Assembly (NCBI GenBank): GCA_021817785.1
Contig: JAKAFY010000001.1
Location: 26,446-90,445, forward strand
Length of the DNA: 64,000 nucleotides
Direction: 5' to 3'
Origin: a bacterium
Lineage (GTDB): Bacteria > Patescibacteriota > Microgenomatia > UBA10105 > UBA927
This document shows positions 33,065 to 42,665 of the stretch, one piece after another (positions within the stretch are counted from its first letter, which is position 1; each line of letters starts with the position of its first letter). The translations under genes and the position numbers were made by a program. Below the pieces are notes generated by a model, which saw nothing but the letters and a program-made list of their open reading frames with translations, did no database searches and was not told where the DNA came from.

Positions 33065-33958
33065 TTACTTTAAGTAACGGATAAGTGCGGTCCAGCTCCC
33101 CACGGCGCCGAGAATAAATCCCAATACCACGGTGCTCACAAAAAATCCGAATGCGGACAGCAAGAACACGGGGCTTACGAGACTGGCAAACAGCAGGTGA
33201 AGCATGGGAATCATGCCCAAAAATCCGTACAACAACGGCCGCATCCACGCGATAACGCCGATCAAAATGAGAGACGCGATAGCCGCGCCCACGGCGCCAT
33301 AGGTGCCGCCCTCTACGATAAACGGCGCGCGTATGGTCCACGGCGACGCACCGACGAGTGTCAGAATTTCTATCTCATCGCGTTTGAGCGCTACCTTCAT
33401 CGCGATTACCGTCCCGATGATAAGCAGCGAATCTATGGCCAGAAGCAGTGCCAATGTGCCGCCCACCAGGCGGATAGCATTGGTCCAGTTGAGTAGCGAC
33501 TCTACCACATCGCGCTGGTAGACCACTTCATCCACTCCCTCGCTTCCCTGGATAAGCGGCGTCAACTGCGAAAGATACTGCGGGTCGGTCGCAGACACTT
33601 CGAGGGAGGCGGGCAATATGTCCGCCGTCACCATCTCGAGAAGCAGCGGATCGTTTTTGTTTTGCTGCTGGTAGATGGACAGTGCCTCGTCTTTGGAAAT
33701 AAATTTCGTGGAGGCGACTTTGCCGGTGGCTTCCAGTTTCTTTTTCAGCGCATCCGCTTCCACCTGCCCTGCTTTCGGCGTAAAAAAGACGGTAATCTGG
33801 GGCTTTCCTTCAAAAAATCCCAGGATGGAGACCGAGGCCATGCTTGCCAGGAAAAATACGCCGCCGACCAGAAACGTCAGGAACATAGTAAGCGTCGCTG
33901 CCAAGGCCTGGTTGGGAGATCTGCGGATATGGGTGCGTACTTCTCTAATGAGCGGCAT
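33065..33958 (-). CDS. ftsX: cell division ABC transporter permease FtsX
   Basis: 297 aa with N-terminal TM, a large extracytoplasmic loop and 3 C-terminal TM helices. Position after ftsE. Confidence 0.85.
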   Translation of the reverse strand: MPLIREVRTHIRRSPNQALAATLTMFLTFLVGGVFFLASMASVSILGFFEGKPQITVFFTPKAGQVEADALKKKLEATGKVASTKFISKDEALSIYQQQNKNDPLLLEMVTADILPASLEVSATDPQYLSQLTPLIQGSEGVDEVVYQRDVVESLLNWTNAIRLVGGTLALLLAIDSLLIIGTVIAMKVALKRDEIEILTLVGASPWTIRAPFIVEGGTYGAVGAAIASLILIGVIAWMRPLLYGFLGMIPMLHLLFASLVSPVFLLSAFGFFVSTVVLGFILGAVGSWTALIRYLK

Positions 33959-34676
33959 CGTGTTTCCCTCCTTTGGGTTCTTTTTTCTCGTGTTTGGTCA
34001 GATGATAATGTCCTTTTTCCTCGTCGCGGACGACATGTCCGTGTTCTATGGTGATCGTACGGCGTTTCAGCCGGTTGACGACGTCCGCATTATGGCTGGC
34101 GACGATGACGGTCGTGCCCAGGCGGTTTATTTCTTCCAGTATGTCGATGATGCCCCAGGACGTTTCCGGGTCCAGGTTGCCCGTCGGTTCGTCGGCAAGC
34201 AGCATTTTCGGACCGCCCACGATTGCGCGTGCGATACTCACCCGTTGCATCTCCCCGGCAGAAAGCTGTATGGGGAACACGTCTTTTTTATCCAAAAGGC
34301 CGACCAGTTCCAGGACGTTTTTCACGCCGTCCGGTATGTCTTTGACGGGTTTGCCCAGAATTTCCAGCACCATCGCCACATTTTCGTAGACGGTGCGGTC
34401 CATAAGCAGTTTGAAATCCTGAAATACGATACCCACTTTGCGCCGCAGCAGATGGATGTTTTTGGGCGTTAACTTTTTCAGGTCGTATTCATCGATCACG
34501 ATATTACCCGAGGTAGGCAAAAGGTCGCGGATGAGCAGACGCAGGATAGTCGTTTTGCCGGAGCCGGATGGGCCGATAAGGAACACAAATTCACCATCCG
34601 GTATTTCTACGGACAGGTCAACGATTCCCGGAATTTTCCCCGGATAAAATTTGGAGACGTCAGTAAAGCGAATCAT
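33945..34676 (-). CDS. ftsE: cell division ATP-binding protein FtsE
   Basis: GPSGSGKTT Walker A, LSAGEMQRVSIARA signature and [11 protein letters not shown] Walker B. MIRFTDVSKFYPG N-terminus typical of FtsE. Confidence 0.9.
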   Translation of the reverse strand: MIRFTDVSKFYPGKIPGIVDLSVEIPDGEFVFLIGPSGSGKTTILRLLIRDLLPTSGNIVIDEYDLKKLTPKNIHLLRRKVGIVFQDFKLLMDRTVYENVAMVLEILGKPVKDIPDGVKNVLELVGLLDKKDVFPIQLSAGEMQRVSIARAIVGGPKMLLADEPTGNLDPETSWGIIDILEEINRLGTTVIVASHNADVVNRLKRRTITIEHGHVVRDEEKGHYHLTKHEKKEPKGGKHDAAH

Positions 34677-34700
34677 CCCAGATACCAGATACCAATACCG

Positions 34701-35228
34701 TTACTGTACTTCCAGCCGCTCGACATCCATAAGCCATGGAGCCTTGAGGGCCTGTAACGTAGCGCCGCACACTTTTACTTTCAGGCCGACGTATTGATCG
34801 AGGTCGATGATGGAAGAGATAAGGTACGCCGTCTGCGACGGGCCGCCCGGACGGGTGAGATGGTGTGTCCCCTCTCCGTCTATGCCGCCTTTGTCGAGCG
34901 TGCCGACCGGACAGTTGGTAAACTTGGATGCATCCTGCACTCCGGCTACCTTTGCCGGATTGCCCGCCGTGCCGGTGGTGACGACCATGGCAGCGCCGGA
35001 CGTGCTTTTATGCGACAGGATATAGCCGGTCCCCAACCCGAAAAGTATAAGGACGACATATACTGCCAAAATGACCATGGAATTCTGTTTCATCTGCTGT
35101 ACGGGATGTTTGGCGTCGCGCGCATCGATCGGACGGACAAGCTCGCTGGGTTGTGTATTCATAGATAGTTCGGCGGGGTCCGTTGTGGGACGCACCGGTT
35201 TCGGTTTCATATCTTTTCTCATTATCAC
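34701..35228 (-). CDS. hypothetical membrane-anchored protein
   Basis: 175 aa with basic N-terminus and one TM (MVILAVYVVLILFGLGTGYIL), then a soluble domain. Located between prfB and ftsE. Confidence 0.5.
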   Translation of the reverse strand: MIMRKDMKPKPVRPTTDPAELSMNTQPSELVRPIDARDAKHPVQQMKQNSMVILAVYVVLILFGLGTGYILSHKSTSGAAMVVTTGTAGNPAKVAGVQDASKFTNCPVGTLDKGGIDGEGTHHLTRPGGPSQTAYLISSIIDLDQYVGLKVKVCGATLQALKAPWLMDVERLEVQ

Positions 35229-35231
35229 GGC

Positions 35232-36242
35232 TTACGAATATTTTTTCAAGTATGCGAGTATAAAGTCTTCGAGATTCCCGTCCAGCACGCTTTCGGTGTC
35301 GGATGTTTCGTATTCCGTACGCAGGTCTTTGACCATGTGGTACGGGTGCAGCACGTAGGAGCGGATCTGGTTACCCCAGCCCGGCGTTTTGTATACGCCG
35401 CGCAAATCTTTCTGCTGCGCGATACGCTTCTGATTTTCCATTTCCCATAGTTTGGCCCGCAGCATTTTCAGCGCGAACTCGCGGTTCTGCCCCTGGTACC
35501 GCTGCGCCTGGCTGGCGACGATGATGCCGGTAGGCTTATGCTTCAAGCGCACGGCGGTAGAAACCTTGTTGACGTTTTGGCCGCCTTTGCCGCCGCTCCG
35601 ATAAAATTCCCATTCCAGGTCTTCTTCGCGTATGTCCGATCCTGCGTCTTCTTCGATGATCGGCAGCACTTCCACCATGGCAAACGACGTCTGACGCAGT
35701 TTGTCCGCATTAAACGGAGACTGGCGCACGAGGCGGTGCACCCCGGCTTCTGCTTTGAGGAATCCGAATGCGTACCGGCCCGTCACTTCAAACGTAATGC
35801 TTTTTATGCCTGCTTCGTCTCCCGGCGTATAGTCCATTTCTTCCGCTTTCCAGCCTTTGATTTCTATATAGCGCGTGTACATGCGATAGAGCATCTGCGT
35901 CCAGTCCATGGCTTCCGTCCCACCCTGGCCGGCGTGGAGTGCGATGATGGCGTTTCCTTTGTCATACGGCCCCGAAAGATAGAGTGCAAATTCCAGCCGG
36001 GTGATTTCTTTGGCAAGTGCCGCTTCATCGCCAAGCTCGACCATGAGCTCAAACTCTTCCCCTTCGGCAAGTTCCTTTTGCAGGGAAGAAAGTTCCTGCA
36101 TCTTTTTGGCGGCGCGTTCGGGCTCTTTCCAAAAATCCTCATGCATGGTTTCGGCTTCCAGTTCGCGGATGTCGTGGCGCATGCCGTCCAGGTTCAGTTT
36201 CGCAAGCAATTCTGCTGCACGTGCTTTCAGTGCTTCATCCAT
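35232..36242 (-). CDS. prfB: peptide chain release factor 2
   Basis: SPF tripeptide (RQSPFNAD) and GGQ ([11 protein letters not shown]). Uninterrupted ORF, with no programmed +1 frameshift site (no CTTTGAC) upstream. Confidence 0.9.
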   Translation of the reverse strand: MDEALKARAAELLAKLNLDGMRHDIRELEAETMHEDFWKEPERAAKKMQELSSLQKELAEGEEFELMVELGDEAALAKEITRLEFALYLSGPYDKGNAIIALHAGQGGTEAMDWTQMLYRMYTRYIEIKGWKAEEMDYTPGDEAGIKSITFEVTGRYAFGFLKAEAGVHRLVRQSPFNADKLRQTSFAMVEVLPIIEEDAGSDIREEDLEWEFYRSGGKGGQNVNKVSTAVRLKHKPTGIIVASQAQRYQGQNREFALKMLRAKLWEMENQKRIAQQKDLRGVYKTPGWGNQIRSYVLHPYHMVKDLRTEYETSDTESVLDGNLEDFILAYLKKYS

Positions 36243-36261
36243 GGAAGTATTGTACCATGCG

Positions 36262-37011
36262 TCACGCTTTCCCGAGGAAATGCTGGACGATTGGGATAAG
36301 AAGCGTCCCTAAAATGAGTAACGTGATCTGCATCAGGGACGTGGTTCCTTTGCGTTTGGTGAGAAGTTCCGGGATCAGGTCGCTGGACGCAATATAGATA
36401 AAGTTTCCGGCCGCAAACGGCAGCATGTATTGCTCGACCACGCGGTATTGGGTGGCGGCATACAGAAGAAGCAGCGTCCCGGCTACCGCAGTCAGTGCGG
36501 AATAAAAATTATACGTGAGCGCTTTTTTGTGGGAAAATCCTCCGTGAATAAGTACCAGAAAATCACTTAATTCGTGCGGAATTTCGTGGGCGATGATGGC
36601 AAGCGTCGTCGTAATCCCGATCGGAATGGACGCGATATATGCGGCGCCTATGACCGCTCCGTCGGTAAAGTTATGGATCCCGTCGCCGATGAGGGTAAGG
36701 TATGCCACCGGTTTCTCTTCTTCGTGTTCATGATCGCCGTCGATATGGTGGTGCCAGGAAATCAGCTTTTCCAGACAAAAAAACGACACGATACCGACCA
36801 AAATCCAGGTGTACGTCGCCCCTCCCAGCCGGTCTATGCTTTCGGGTATGAGGTCCAAAAACGCGCCCCCCAGCAATACCCCGGAAGAAAACGCCAATGA
36901 ATACGTGATAATTTCTTCCAGTACCTGTTTTTTAAACCGCACGAGCGACGCGCCCAGCAGGGAGAGCAAACTGACGATCGTCACGGATAACAGGGCCAAC
37001 CAAACGTTCAT
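36262..37011 (-). CDS. ZIP-family zinc/metal transporter (ZupT-like)
   Basis: Likely start [15 protein letters not shown]. His-rich loop [18 protein letters not shown] and HEIPHE motifs of ZIP transporters. ORF 36262..37200 has a non-protein-like N-terminal extension. Confidence 0.8.
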   Translation of the reverse strand: MNVWLALLSVTIVSLLSLLGASLVRFKKQVLEEIITYSLAFSSGVLLGGAFLDLIPESIDRLGGATYTWILVGIVSFFCLEKLISWHHHIDGDHEHEEEKPVAYLTLIGDGIHNFTDGAVIGAAYIASIPIGITTTLAIIAHEIPHELSDFLVLIHGGFSHKKALTYNFYSALTAVAGTLLLLYAATQYRVVEQYMLPFAAGNFIYIASSDLIPELLTKRKGTTSLMQITLLILGTLLIPIVQHFLGKA

Positions 37012-37025
37012 GTGCGTGTATTGTA

Positions 37026-37412
37026 TCACTGTTTTGTAGCACTCGGTGTCGCGCAAAGGATTTGCTGCAGTTCCGCTTTCTGACTGTCCGGCAGGGTGTT
37101 CACCTGTCCCACGATCTGTTTGACCACCTGGGAGACGACTGCCTGGGAAGCGGACTGGGCGATACTGGAAACGATTGCGTTCCCCTGGGCCACTGCCCAA
37201 TCCTGTACGTTTATGGGTGTGGTCGGTTGATTATCGGTAACGCCCAGTACGTCTGCTGCCTGTTTCCCGAGCGGCGTTTGCTCTACCGCCTGGCGCACCT
37301 GAGAAAGTGCCGCAGGGCTTGGCTTGCTGGTGAGTTTGGGCCACAACAGACTGGCGACGGAAATCGCCACAGCAGCTCCCACGGCGGCAAACAAAAACTG
37401 AAGTGCGGACAT
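37026..37412 (-). CDS. hypothetical small secreted/membrane protein
   Basis: Start MSALQFLFAAVGAAVAISVASLLWPKL with ATG at 37412 and TATAAT-like plus AGGGG upstream. Gln/Ala/Val-rich. ORF 37026..37772 extends spuriously antisense to ruvC. Confidence 0.45.
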   Translation of the reverse strand: MSALQFLFAAVGAAVAISVASLLWPKLTSKPSPAALSQVRQAVEQTPLGKQAADVLGVTDNQPTTPINVQDWAVAQGNAIVSSIAQSASQAVVSQVVKQIVGQVNTLPDSQKAELQQILCATPSATKQ

Positions 37413-37473
37413 ACCCCTATTATAGCGGCATATATAGAATTGCGCATCGCGCTCATGGTATAACAGGTACGGT

Positions 37474-37974
37474 ATGATTCGTATATTAGGCATAGATCCG
37501 GGGACGGCACGGGTGGGCTGGGGCATGATCGAAGAAAACTTCGGCAGAATCACCACATTACAATACGGCTGTATTACCACGGAAAAAGACGAACTGGCAG
37601 AACGGCGGCTTTCCGTCATTTTCCACTCGCTTACGAAATTGCTTACGGTACTTCGTCCCGACTGCGTCAGTGTCGAGGATTTGTTTTTTGCCACCAATGC
37701 CAAGACGGCGATCGCGGTAGGCCAGGCCCGCGGCGTCATACTGTTGGCTGCATCCGAGCGGCATATTCCCATAGCCTCCTATAGCCCCGTTGCCGTCAAA
37801 AAAGCCATCTGCGGCACGGGTACCGCCCCCAAAGAACAGGTAGGGAAAATGATTACGAAACTGTTGCGCTTAAAAGAAATTCCCAAGCCGGACGACACGG
37901 CCGACGCGCTCGCTATAGCCGCTACCCATGCGTATTCGTATAAACTAAAAGCAGAGATGCAAAAACCCCGCTAA
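37474..37974 (+). CDS. ruvC: Holliday junction resolvase RuvC
   Basis: MIRILGIDPGTARVGWGMIEE...VEDLFF...DALAIAATHA, RuvC catalytic motifs. Confidence 0.9.
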   Translation: MIRILGIDPGTARVGWGMIEENFGRITTLQYGCITTEKDELAERRLSVIFHSLTKLLTVLRPDCVSVEDLFFATNAKTAIAVGQARGVILLAASERHIPIASYSPVAVKKAICGTGTAPKEQVGKMITKLLRLKEIPKPDDTADALAIAATHAYSYKLKAEMQKPR

Positions 37975-37997
37975 TCTGCTACGCTCTAGGGCACTAT

Positions 37998-38567
37998 ATG
38001 ATCGCGCAGTTAACCGGCACCATCGCAAGCGAGCATGGATATAACCCCATCATTATCGACGTCCATGGCGTAGGCTACAGTGTGCATGTCCCCGGCCGCA
38101 TCGCGCACCAGGTACAAAAAGGACAATCCGTCGTCATGCACATCCATACCCACGTCCGGGAAGATGCGCTGGACCTTTTCGGCTTTGTATCCCGCGATGA
38201 GCTTTCGATGTTTAACCTGCTCCTGACCGTATCCGGGGTAGGACCTAAAACCGCGCTCGGCGTCATGGACCACGAAGCGTCCCATATACGCCGCGCTATA
38301 GAAAAAGGAGACGTGGACTTTTTTACGTCGGTGCCCCGTCTTGGGAAAAAGAACGCGCAAAAAATCATTATCGAGCTCCGCTCCAAACTGACCGGAGTCA
38401 CCGGCGATCTGCCGGATGACGGGGAGGGAGAAACCAAGGAGTTGGCCGACGCATTGCTTTCCATGGGATTTGACCGCACGGAAATACGCAACGTCATGAA
38501 AAAATTGCCGGACGGCACGCTGGAAGTAAAACTCCGCCACGCGCTCAAATATTTGGGAAAAACATAA
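37998..38567 (+). CDS. ruvA: Holliday junction branch migration protein RuvA
   Basis: MIAQLTGTI...LFGF...ELSMFNLLLTVSGVGPKTALGV, RuvA HhH domain. Confidence 0.9.
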   Translation: MIAQLTGTIASEHGYNPIIIDVHGVGYSVHVPGRIAHQVQKGQSVVMHIHTHVREDALDLFGFVSRDELSMFNLLLTVSGVGPKTALGVMDHEASHIRRAIEKGDVDFFTSVPRLGKKNAQKIIIELRSKLTGVTGDLPDDGEGETKELADALLSMGFDRTEIRNVMKKLPDGTLEVKLRHALKYLGKT

Positions 38568-38570
38568 TGT

Positions 38571-39605
38571 ATGGCCAAAAAAAATGATTTCATAGACCCG
38601 CTCGTAAACGCCGTCACTCCCGAGGAACAAAATCTCCTGGTGTCGCTTCGCGCCGGCGACTGGTCGGAATTCGCCGGACAGATCGGCGTCAAAAAGGCGC
38701 TGCACATCGCCATCGCGGCGGCCAAAAAACGCAAAGAACCCATGGAACATATCCTGCTCTATGGCCCGCCGGGACTTGGCAAAACCACACTTGCACACAT
38801 CATCGGCAAAGAACTGGGAGTCAATGTCCGGGTCACGAGCGGCCCTGCCATCGAGCGAAGCGGCGACCTGGCTGCCATCCTGACGAATTTGGAACCCAAC
38901 GATATTTTATTTATTGATGAAATCCACAGGCTGAATAAAGTCGTCGAAGAAACCCTGTATCCTGCGATGGAAGACTATGCGCTGGATATCGTCATCGGCA
39001 AAGGCCCGTCGGCACGGTCCGTGCGGCTGGACCTTCCCCCGTTTACGATCATCGGCGCCACCACCCGGGCGGGTTTGCTTTCCAGCCCCATGCGGGACCG
39101 GTTCGGGCTTATCTCCCGGCTGGAATTTTACTCCCCTGTTGAAGTCGAAGAGATACTGGAACGGGCAGCCAAAAAGTTGCAGGTAAAAATGGATGCGGTC
39201 GCCAAAAAAGAACTGGCAAAGCGAAGCAGGGGTACCCCGCGTATCGCGCTCCGGCTTTTAAAGCGCGTCCGGGATGTGGCCCAGGTAGAAGGAGAAGGAG
39301 TGATCACCGTGCCGATTCTCGACCGGTCGCTTTCGCTCTTTGAAGTAGACGGTATGGGGCTAGACCGCTCGGACCGGAGACTGCTTACCCTCATGATCGA
39401 CAAATTTGACGGCGGACCCGTGGGTATCGAGACATTGGCGGCGGCTCTTGCCGAAGATATGGGCACGGTAGAAGAGGTATTGGAGCCGTATCTTATGCAG
39501 ATCGGGTTTCTGAAACGCACACCCCGCGGCCGGCAGGTCACCCAGGCGGCATTTACCCACATGGGCAAAGTTCCGACCAAAAAACAGCAGGAAGAATTGT
39601 TCTGA
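38571..39605 (+). CDS. ruvB: Holliday junction branch migration ATPase RuvB
   Basis: [23 protein letters not shown]...[12 protein letters not shown]...[18 protein letters not shown]. Confidence 0.95.
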   Translation: MAKKNDFIDPLVNAVTPEEQNLLVSLRAGDWSEFAGQIGVKKALHIAIAAAKKRKEPMEHILLYGPPGLGKTTLAHIIGKELGVNVRVTSGPAIERSGDLAAILTNLEPNDILFIDEIHRLNKVVEETLYPAMEDYALDIVIGKGPSARSVRLDLPPFTIIGATTRAGLLSSPMRDRFGLISRLEFYSPVEVEEILERAAKKLQVKMDAVAKKELAKRSRGTPRIALRLLKRVRDVAQVEGEGVITVPILDRSLSLFEVDGMGLDRSDRRLLTLMIDKFDGGPVGIETLAAALAEDMGTVEEVLEPYLMQIGFLKRTPRGRQVTQAAFTHMGKVPTKKQQEELF

Positions 39606-39659
39606 TATACTATACGCATGGTTGAATTGGGAAATTCGCACGAACACGCGCCGTTTAAG

Positions 39660-40037
39660 ATGGCATATATCGGCATCAAATTTCATCCCGACGGCAGCAA
39701 CTCCGAAAAGATCCGATCCATCAAACAAGCCGTACAGGATGCCGGCATCACTCCCTACGCGTTTGTAGAAGAAACCAATACCCACGCATCGCCACAGGAA
39801 ATGATGGCAAAGGATATGCAAAAAATGGACGAGTGCGATGTGCTTGTGCTCGATGCGTCAGAGCCGTCTATAGGGCTAGGCATAGAAGCTCAATATGCGT
39901 TCGGCAAAAAACCTATTATCACGATCGCAGAGGAAGGGTCTACCGTATCGGATTCCATAAAAGGAATATCCGACCGCTTTTTGGAATACAAAAACGAGAA
40001 TGATCTGAAAGAAAAATTGAAAGAGGCATTACAGTAA
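39660..40037 (+). CDS. nucleoside 2-deoxyribosyltransferase-like protein
   Basis: Start MAYIGIKFHPDGSN. CDVLVLDASEPSIGLGIEAQYAFGKKPIITIAE matches the PF05014 core (D-x-G-T/S-x-x-E-x-G-y-A-x-x-x-g-K-p). Confidence 0.55.
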   Translation: MAYIGIKFHPDGSNSEKIRSIKQAVQDAGITPYAFVEETNTHASPQEMMAKDMQKMDECDVLVLDASEPSIGLGIEAQYAFGKKPIITIAEEGSTVSDSIKGISDRFLEYKNENDLKEKLKEALQ

Positions 40038-40042
40038 CCTCT

Positions 40043-40585
40043 TTATTCTATCAACTTCAGTAAAAGAGGAAATTCTTTATATGGCTGATGCATGGCGTTA
40101 GAACCCATATGCCCTTCGCCGTGACGGATGATGAGCGTTCCGCCAAATGTGTCAAACAACTTTCTTCCCTGTGTATCGTCACACCCCCATGGGTCGTTGT
40201 CGGAATTTATGAAGATCAAATCTTCGCAATGTGACGTAATTTTTTCCGCATCATATGCCTCTTTTAGGATAGGCTGCTGGTCCGATTTGAGCGGTGTCAT
40301 AAATCCCGCTATGAATATGGCCCGTTTTATCCTGACATGTATGGATTCCAACACGGATAATATGATCGCCGCGCCACTGGAATGACCAACGATTACCGTT
40401 TCGTCCGTAAACACTCCGTGTTGCAAAATAAAGGGAAGCTGAATCTTCAAATCCGGCGTATCCGCTCCGGGCAGTTGCGGCGTCCACACGTCCCACTGTT
40501 TTGTCCGCAACGTATTTGTAATCCAGGGATACCACAATTGATCAGGAGTAGCACTTTGCCCGTGGAGGATGATCGCGTTCTTCAT
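40043..40585 (-). CDS. RBBP9/YdeN-family alpha/beta serine hydrolase (paralog)
   Basis: MKNAIILHGQSATPDQLWYPWITNTLRTKQWDVWTPQLP...VGHSSGAAIIL...DPWGCDD. Same architecture as 24736..25329. Confidence 0.75.
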   Translation of the reverse strand: MKNAIILHGQSATPDQLWYPWITNTLRTKQWDVWTPQLPGADTPDLKIQLPFILQHGVFTDETVIVGHSSGAAIILSVLESIHVRIKRAIFIAGFMTPLKSDQQPILKEAYDAEKITSHCEDLIFINSDNDPWGCDDTQGRKLFDTFGGTLIIRHGEGHMGSNAMHQPYKEFPLLLKLIE

Positions 40586-40651
40586 GTTGCCATTATATAG
40601 AGAGATTACCTGAAGTTCAAAAGAATACGGATCTTATCGGAGAAATCATGT

Positions 40652-41518
40652 TTACAGCGAAGACCAATCGGACTGGTGCTCGAAGAGGGCGTCATGCATT
40701 TCCCAGAATTTTCCCTGGTCGGATGCGCATGCCGCTGCTTCCGCGGATTTCTGTGCGCGCGGGTGGATACTTACCAGCGGAAAATATTTGTACGCTAACA
40801 CTACTTTGTCCCCGTATTCTTTTTCCACCTGCTTGATCGTGGGATACGCCTGTTCGCAGTATGGGCACTGGAAATCCGAAAATTCCACGATCGTTACCGG
40901 AGCTCCCGCTTTCCCCCGTATATGCGCATCCCCGATGGATACGGCACGCGGCTTCGGGTCAAAGGCTCCCTGTTTGGCAGCGGCCTGCAGGTTCTGGGAA
41001 TAATCCGCCGGGTTGTCAGAACCCGTACCGGCTAATTCCTTATCGATAATTTCCTTAAAACTTTCAAACGGAAATGCGCCGCCCAACAGTCGGCCGTTGA
41101 TGAAAAACGCCGGCGTACCGTTTACTCCGGCTGCGTTTCCTTCGGCGACATCTTTAGCAATCACTGGCGCTTTGGACCCGCTGTTCATGCACGTTATCAG
41201 TTTGTTGCTGTCTGCTTTTGCAAATTTGGCCATCGCTGCCATGGCATCTTCAAATGATTTGTATTTGGCAGCAGGAGCTCCCGGAGCTGCTGCCGTTGGC
41301 GCGGAACCGTTTTTCTCCAGGTATTGCACTTTGGTATACAAAGTCCCCAGCAAAAACGATGCGATACACAGTAATACGACGAGGATAATGATGCTTACCG
41401 GCATTTTATACGGGGTAGCCATCGTTTGGACCGGAGCATATGAAACCGGCGCTGCTGCCGGAGGCGGCATCATCGGCGCGGATAGCTCTGCGGTTTTTGT
41501 TTTCTTTGCTCTCGGCAT
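40652..41518 (-). CDS. membrane-anchored DsbA-like thiol-disulfide oxidoreductase with apparently permuted domain order
   Basis: ORF 40652..41602; likely start MPRAKKTK (41518). One TM (VSIIILVVLLCIASFLLGTL). GVNGTPAFFINGRLLGGAFPFESF (cis-Pro strand, normally C-terminal) comes before VTIVEFSDFQCPYCEQAYPTIK (CxxC, normally N-terminal) and QGKFWEMHDALFEHQ. The protein then ends. Confidence 0.6.
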   Translation of the reverse strand: MPRAKKTKTAELSAPMMPPPAAAPVSYAPVQTMATPYKMPVSIIILVVLLCIASFLLGTLYTKVQYLEKNGSAPTAAAPGAPAAKYKSFEDAMAAMAKFAKADSNKLITCMNSGSKAPVIAKDVAEGNAAGVNGTPAFFINGRLLGGAFPFESFKEIIDKELAGTGSDNPADYSQNLQAAAKQGAFDPKPRAVSIGDAHIRGKAGAPVTIVEFSDFQCPYCEQAYPTIKQVEKEYGDKVVLAYKYFPLVSIHPRAQKSAEAAACASDQGKFWEMHDALFEHQSDWSSL

Positions 41519-41633
41519 ACACCATATAATAAAGGACTGTTTTCCCACATGCAATATCTCAAAATGTTTCCGGCATGCCGGAATTGTAATGTAATCGATC
41601 ACGGACGCGTGATAACCGTGTTATACTTTGGCT

Positions 41634-42665
41634 ATGAAGTCGTTTCTTTTCCGGTTTTGGAAATGGATTGCAGTCGGAACTATTTTCGTCATCGCGCTTT
41701 TCGGATGGACGCGCTACAACAGTGCCAAACAAACCGCATCGCTTATCGGCACGGCGAAAGTGGCGCGAATGGATTTTGTCAAAGCCATATCCTCGTCCGG
41801 AAAAACTGCTGATGATACGTCGGTAGACCTGAAATTCCAGACCTCCGGCAAACTCGCGTGGGTCGGGGTCAAAGAAGGAGACGCCGTCCGCAAAGGCCAG
41901 GTCATCGCGTCGCTGGACCAGCGGGAAGTCCAGAAAACGCTTCAGAAAGACCTCAATACGTATATGACCCAGCGCTGGACATTTGACCAGACGCATCAGG
42001 ATAACCAGGGACAGATCGTCACGGATGCGCTGAAGCGAATACTTGATAAATCGCAATTTGCGCTGGACAACACCGTGCTGGACGTCGAACTTCAAAACCT
42101 TGCGATAGAATTTTCCAACCTCACCTCCCCCATAGACGGCATCGTCACTCATATCGATACGCCGGTCGCGGGCGTAAACATAACACCCGCTGCCGCGGTA
42201 TTTACCGTCGCCGACCCCAAAAGCCTGGTGTTTACCGCCAATGTGGATGAAACGGATGTCGGCAGCCTGTCCCTGGGACAGCCGGCCACCATCACGCTGG
42301 ACGCGTTTCCCGAAGCCACGTTTTCCGGAAAAGTATCGTATATCTCGTATTCTTCCGAACTTTCCAGCGGAGGGGCTACCGTATTTCCCGTCAAAGTACT
42401 TTTCGACGCGCCCGCAAACCTCCGTATCGGACTAAACGGCGATATATCGATCATCGTGGACCGCCAGACGGATGTACTTACCATCCCTACGTCTGCCATA
42501 CGCGAAGATACCAGCGCCACGTACGTCTATCGGAAAACAAAAACGGGATATCAGAAAACCGCGGTGACATTGGGCGCACGAAACGATACGGACGCCGTCG
42601 TTACCTCGGGACTTTCCAACGGAGACAGCGTCGTAATCAAAGGGTTCAGCAGTATTCCAAAATGA
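41634..42665 (+). CDS. efflux transporter periplasmic adaptor subunit (HlyD/MacA family)
   Basis: ORF 41628..42665 starts on TTG; ATG at 41634 (MKSFLF). N-terminal TM. Lipoyl/beta-barrel motifs (GKLAWVGVKEGDAVRKGQVIASLD). Confidence 0.8.
   Translation: MKSFLFRFWKWIAVGTIFVIALFGWTRYNSAKQTASLIGTAKVARMDFVKAISSSGKTADDTSVDLKFQTSGKLAWVGVKEGDAVRKGQVIASLDQREVQKTLQKDLNTYMTQRWTFDQTHQDNQGQIVTDALKRILDKSQFALDNTVLDVELQNLAIEFSNLTSPIDGIVTHIDTPVAGVNITPAAAVFTVADPKSLVFTANVDETDVGSLSLGQPATITLDAFPEATFSGKVSYISYSSELSSGGATVFPVKVLFDAPANLRIGLNGDISIIVDRQTDVLTIPTSAIREDTSATYVYRKTKTGYQKTAVTLGARNDTDAVVTSGLSNGDSVVIKGFSSIPK

Noticed and set aside
33675-34472. 265-aa plus-strand ORF
   Set aside because: Antisense to ftsX/ftsE. 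No motifs.
35538-36299. 253-aa plus-strand ORF
   Set aside because: Antisense to prfB. Phe/Arg/His-rich and non-protein-like.
36243-36300. Programmed +1 frameshift site in prfB
   Set aside because: No CTTTGAC-type site or upstream short ORF was found. The RF2 ORF is continuous from its Met, with the N-terminal domain intact.
38010-38798. 262-aa and 222-aa minus-strand ORFs
   Set aside because: Antisense to ruvA/ruvB, which have unambiguous signatures on the plus strand.
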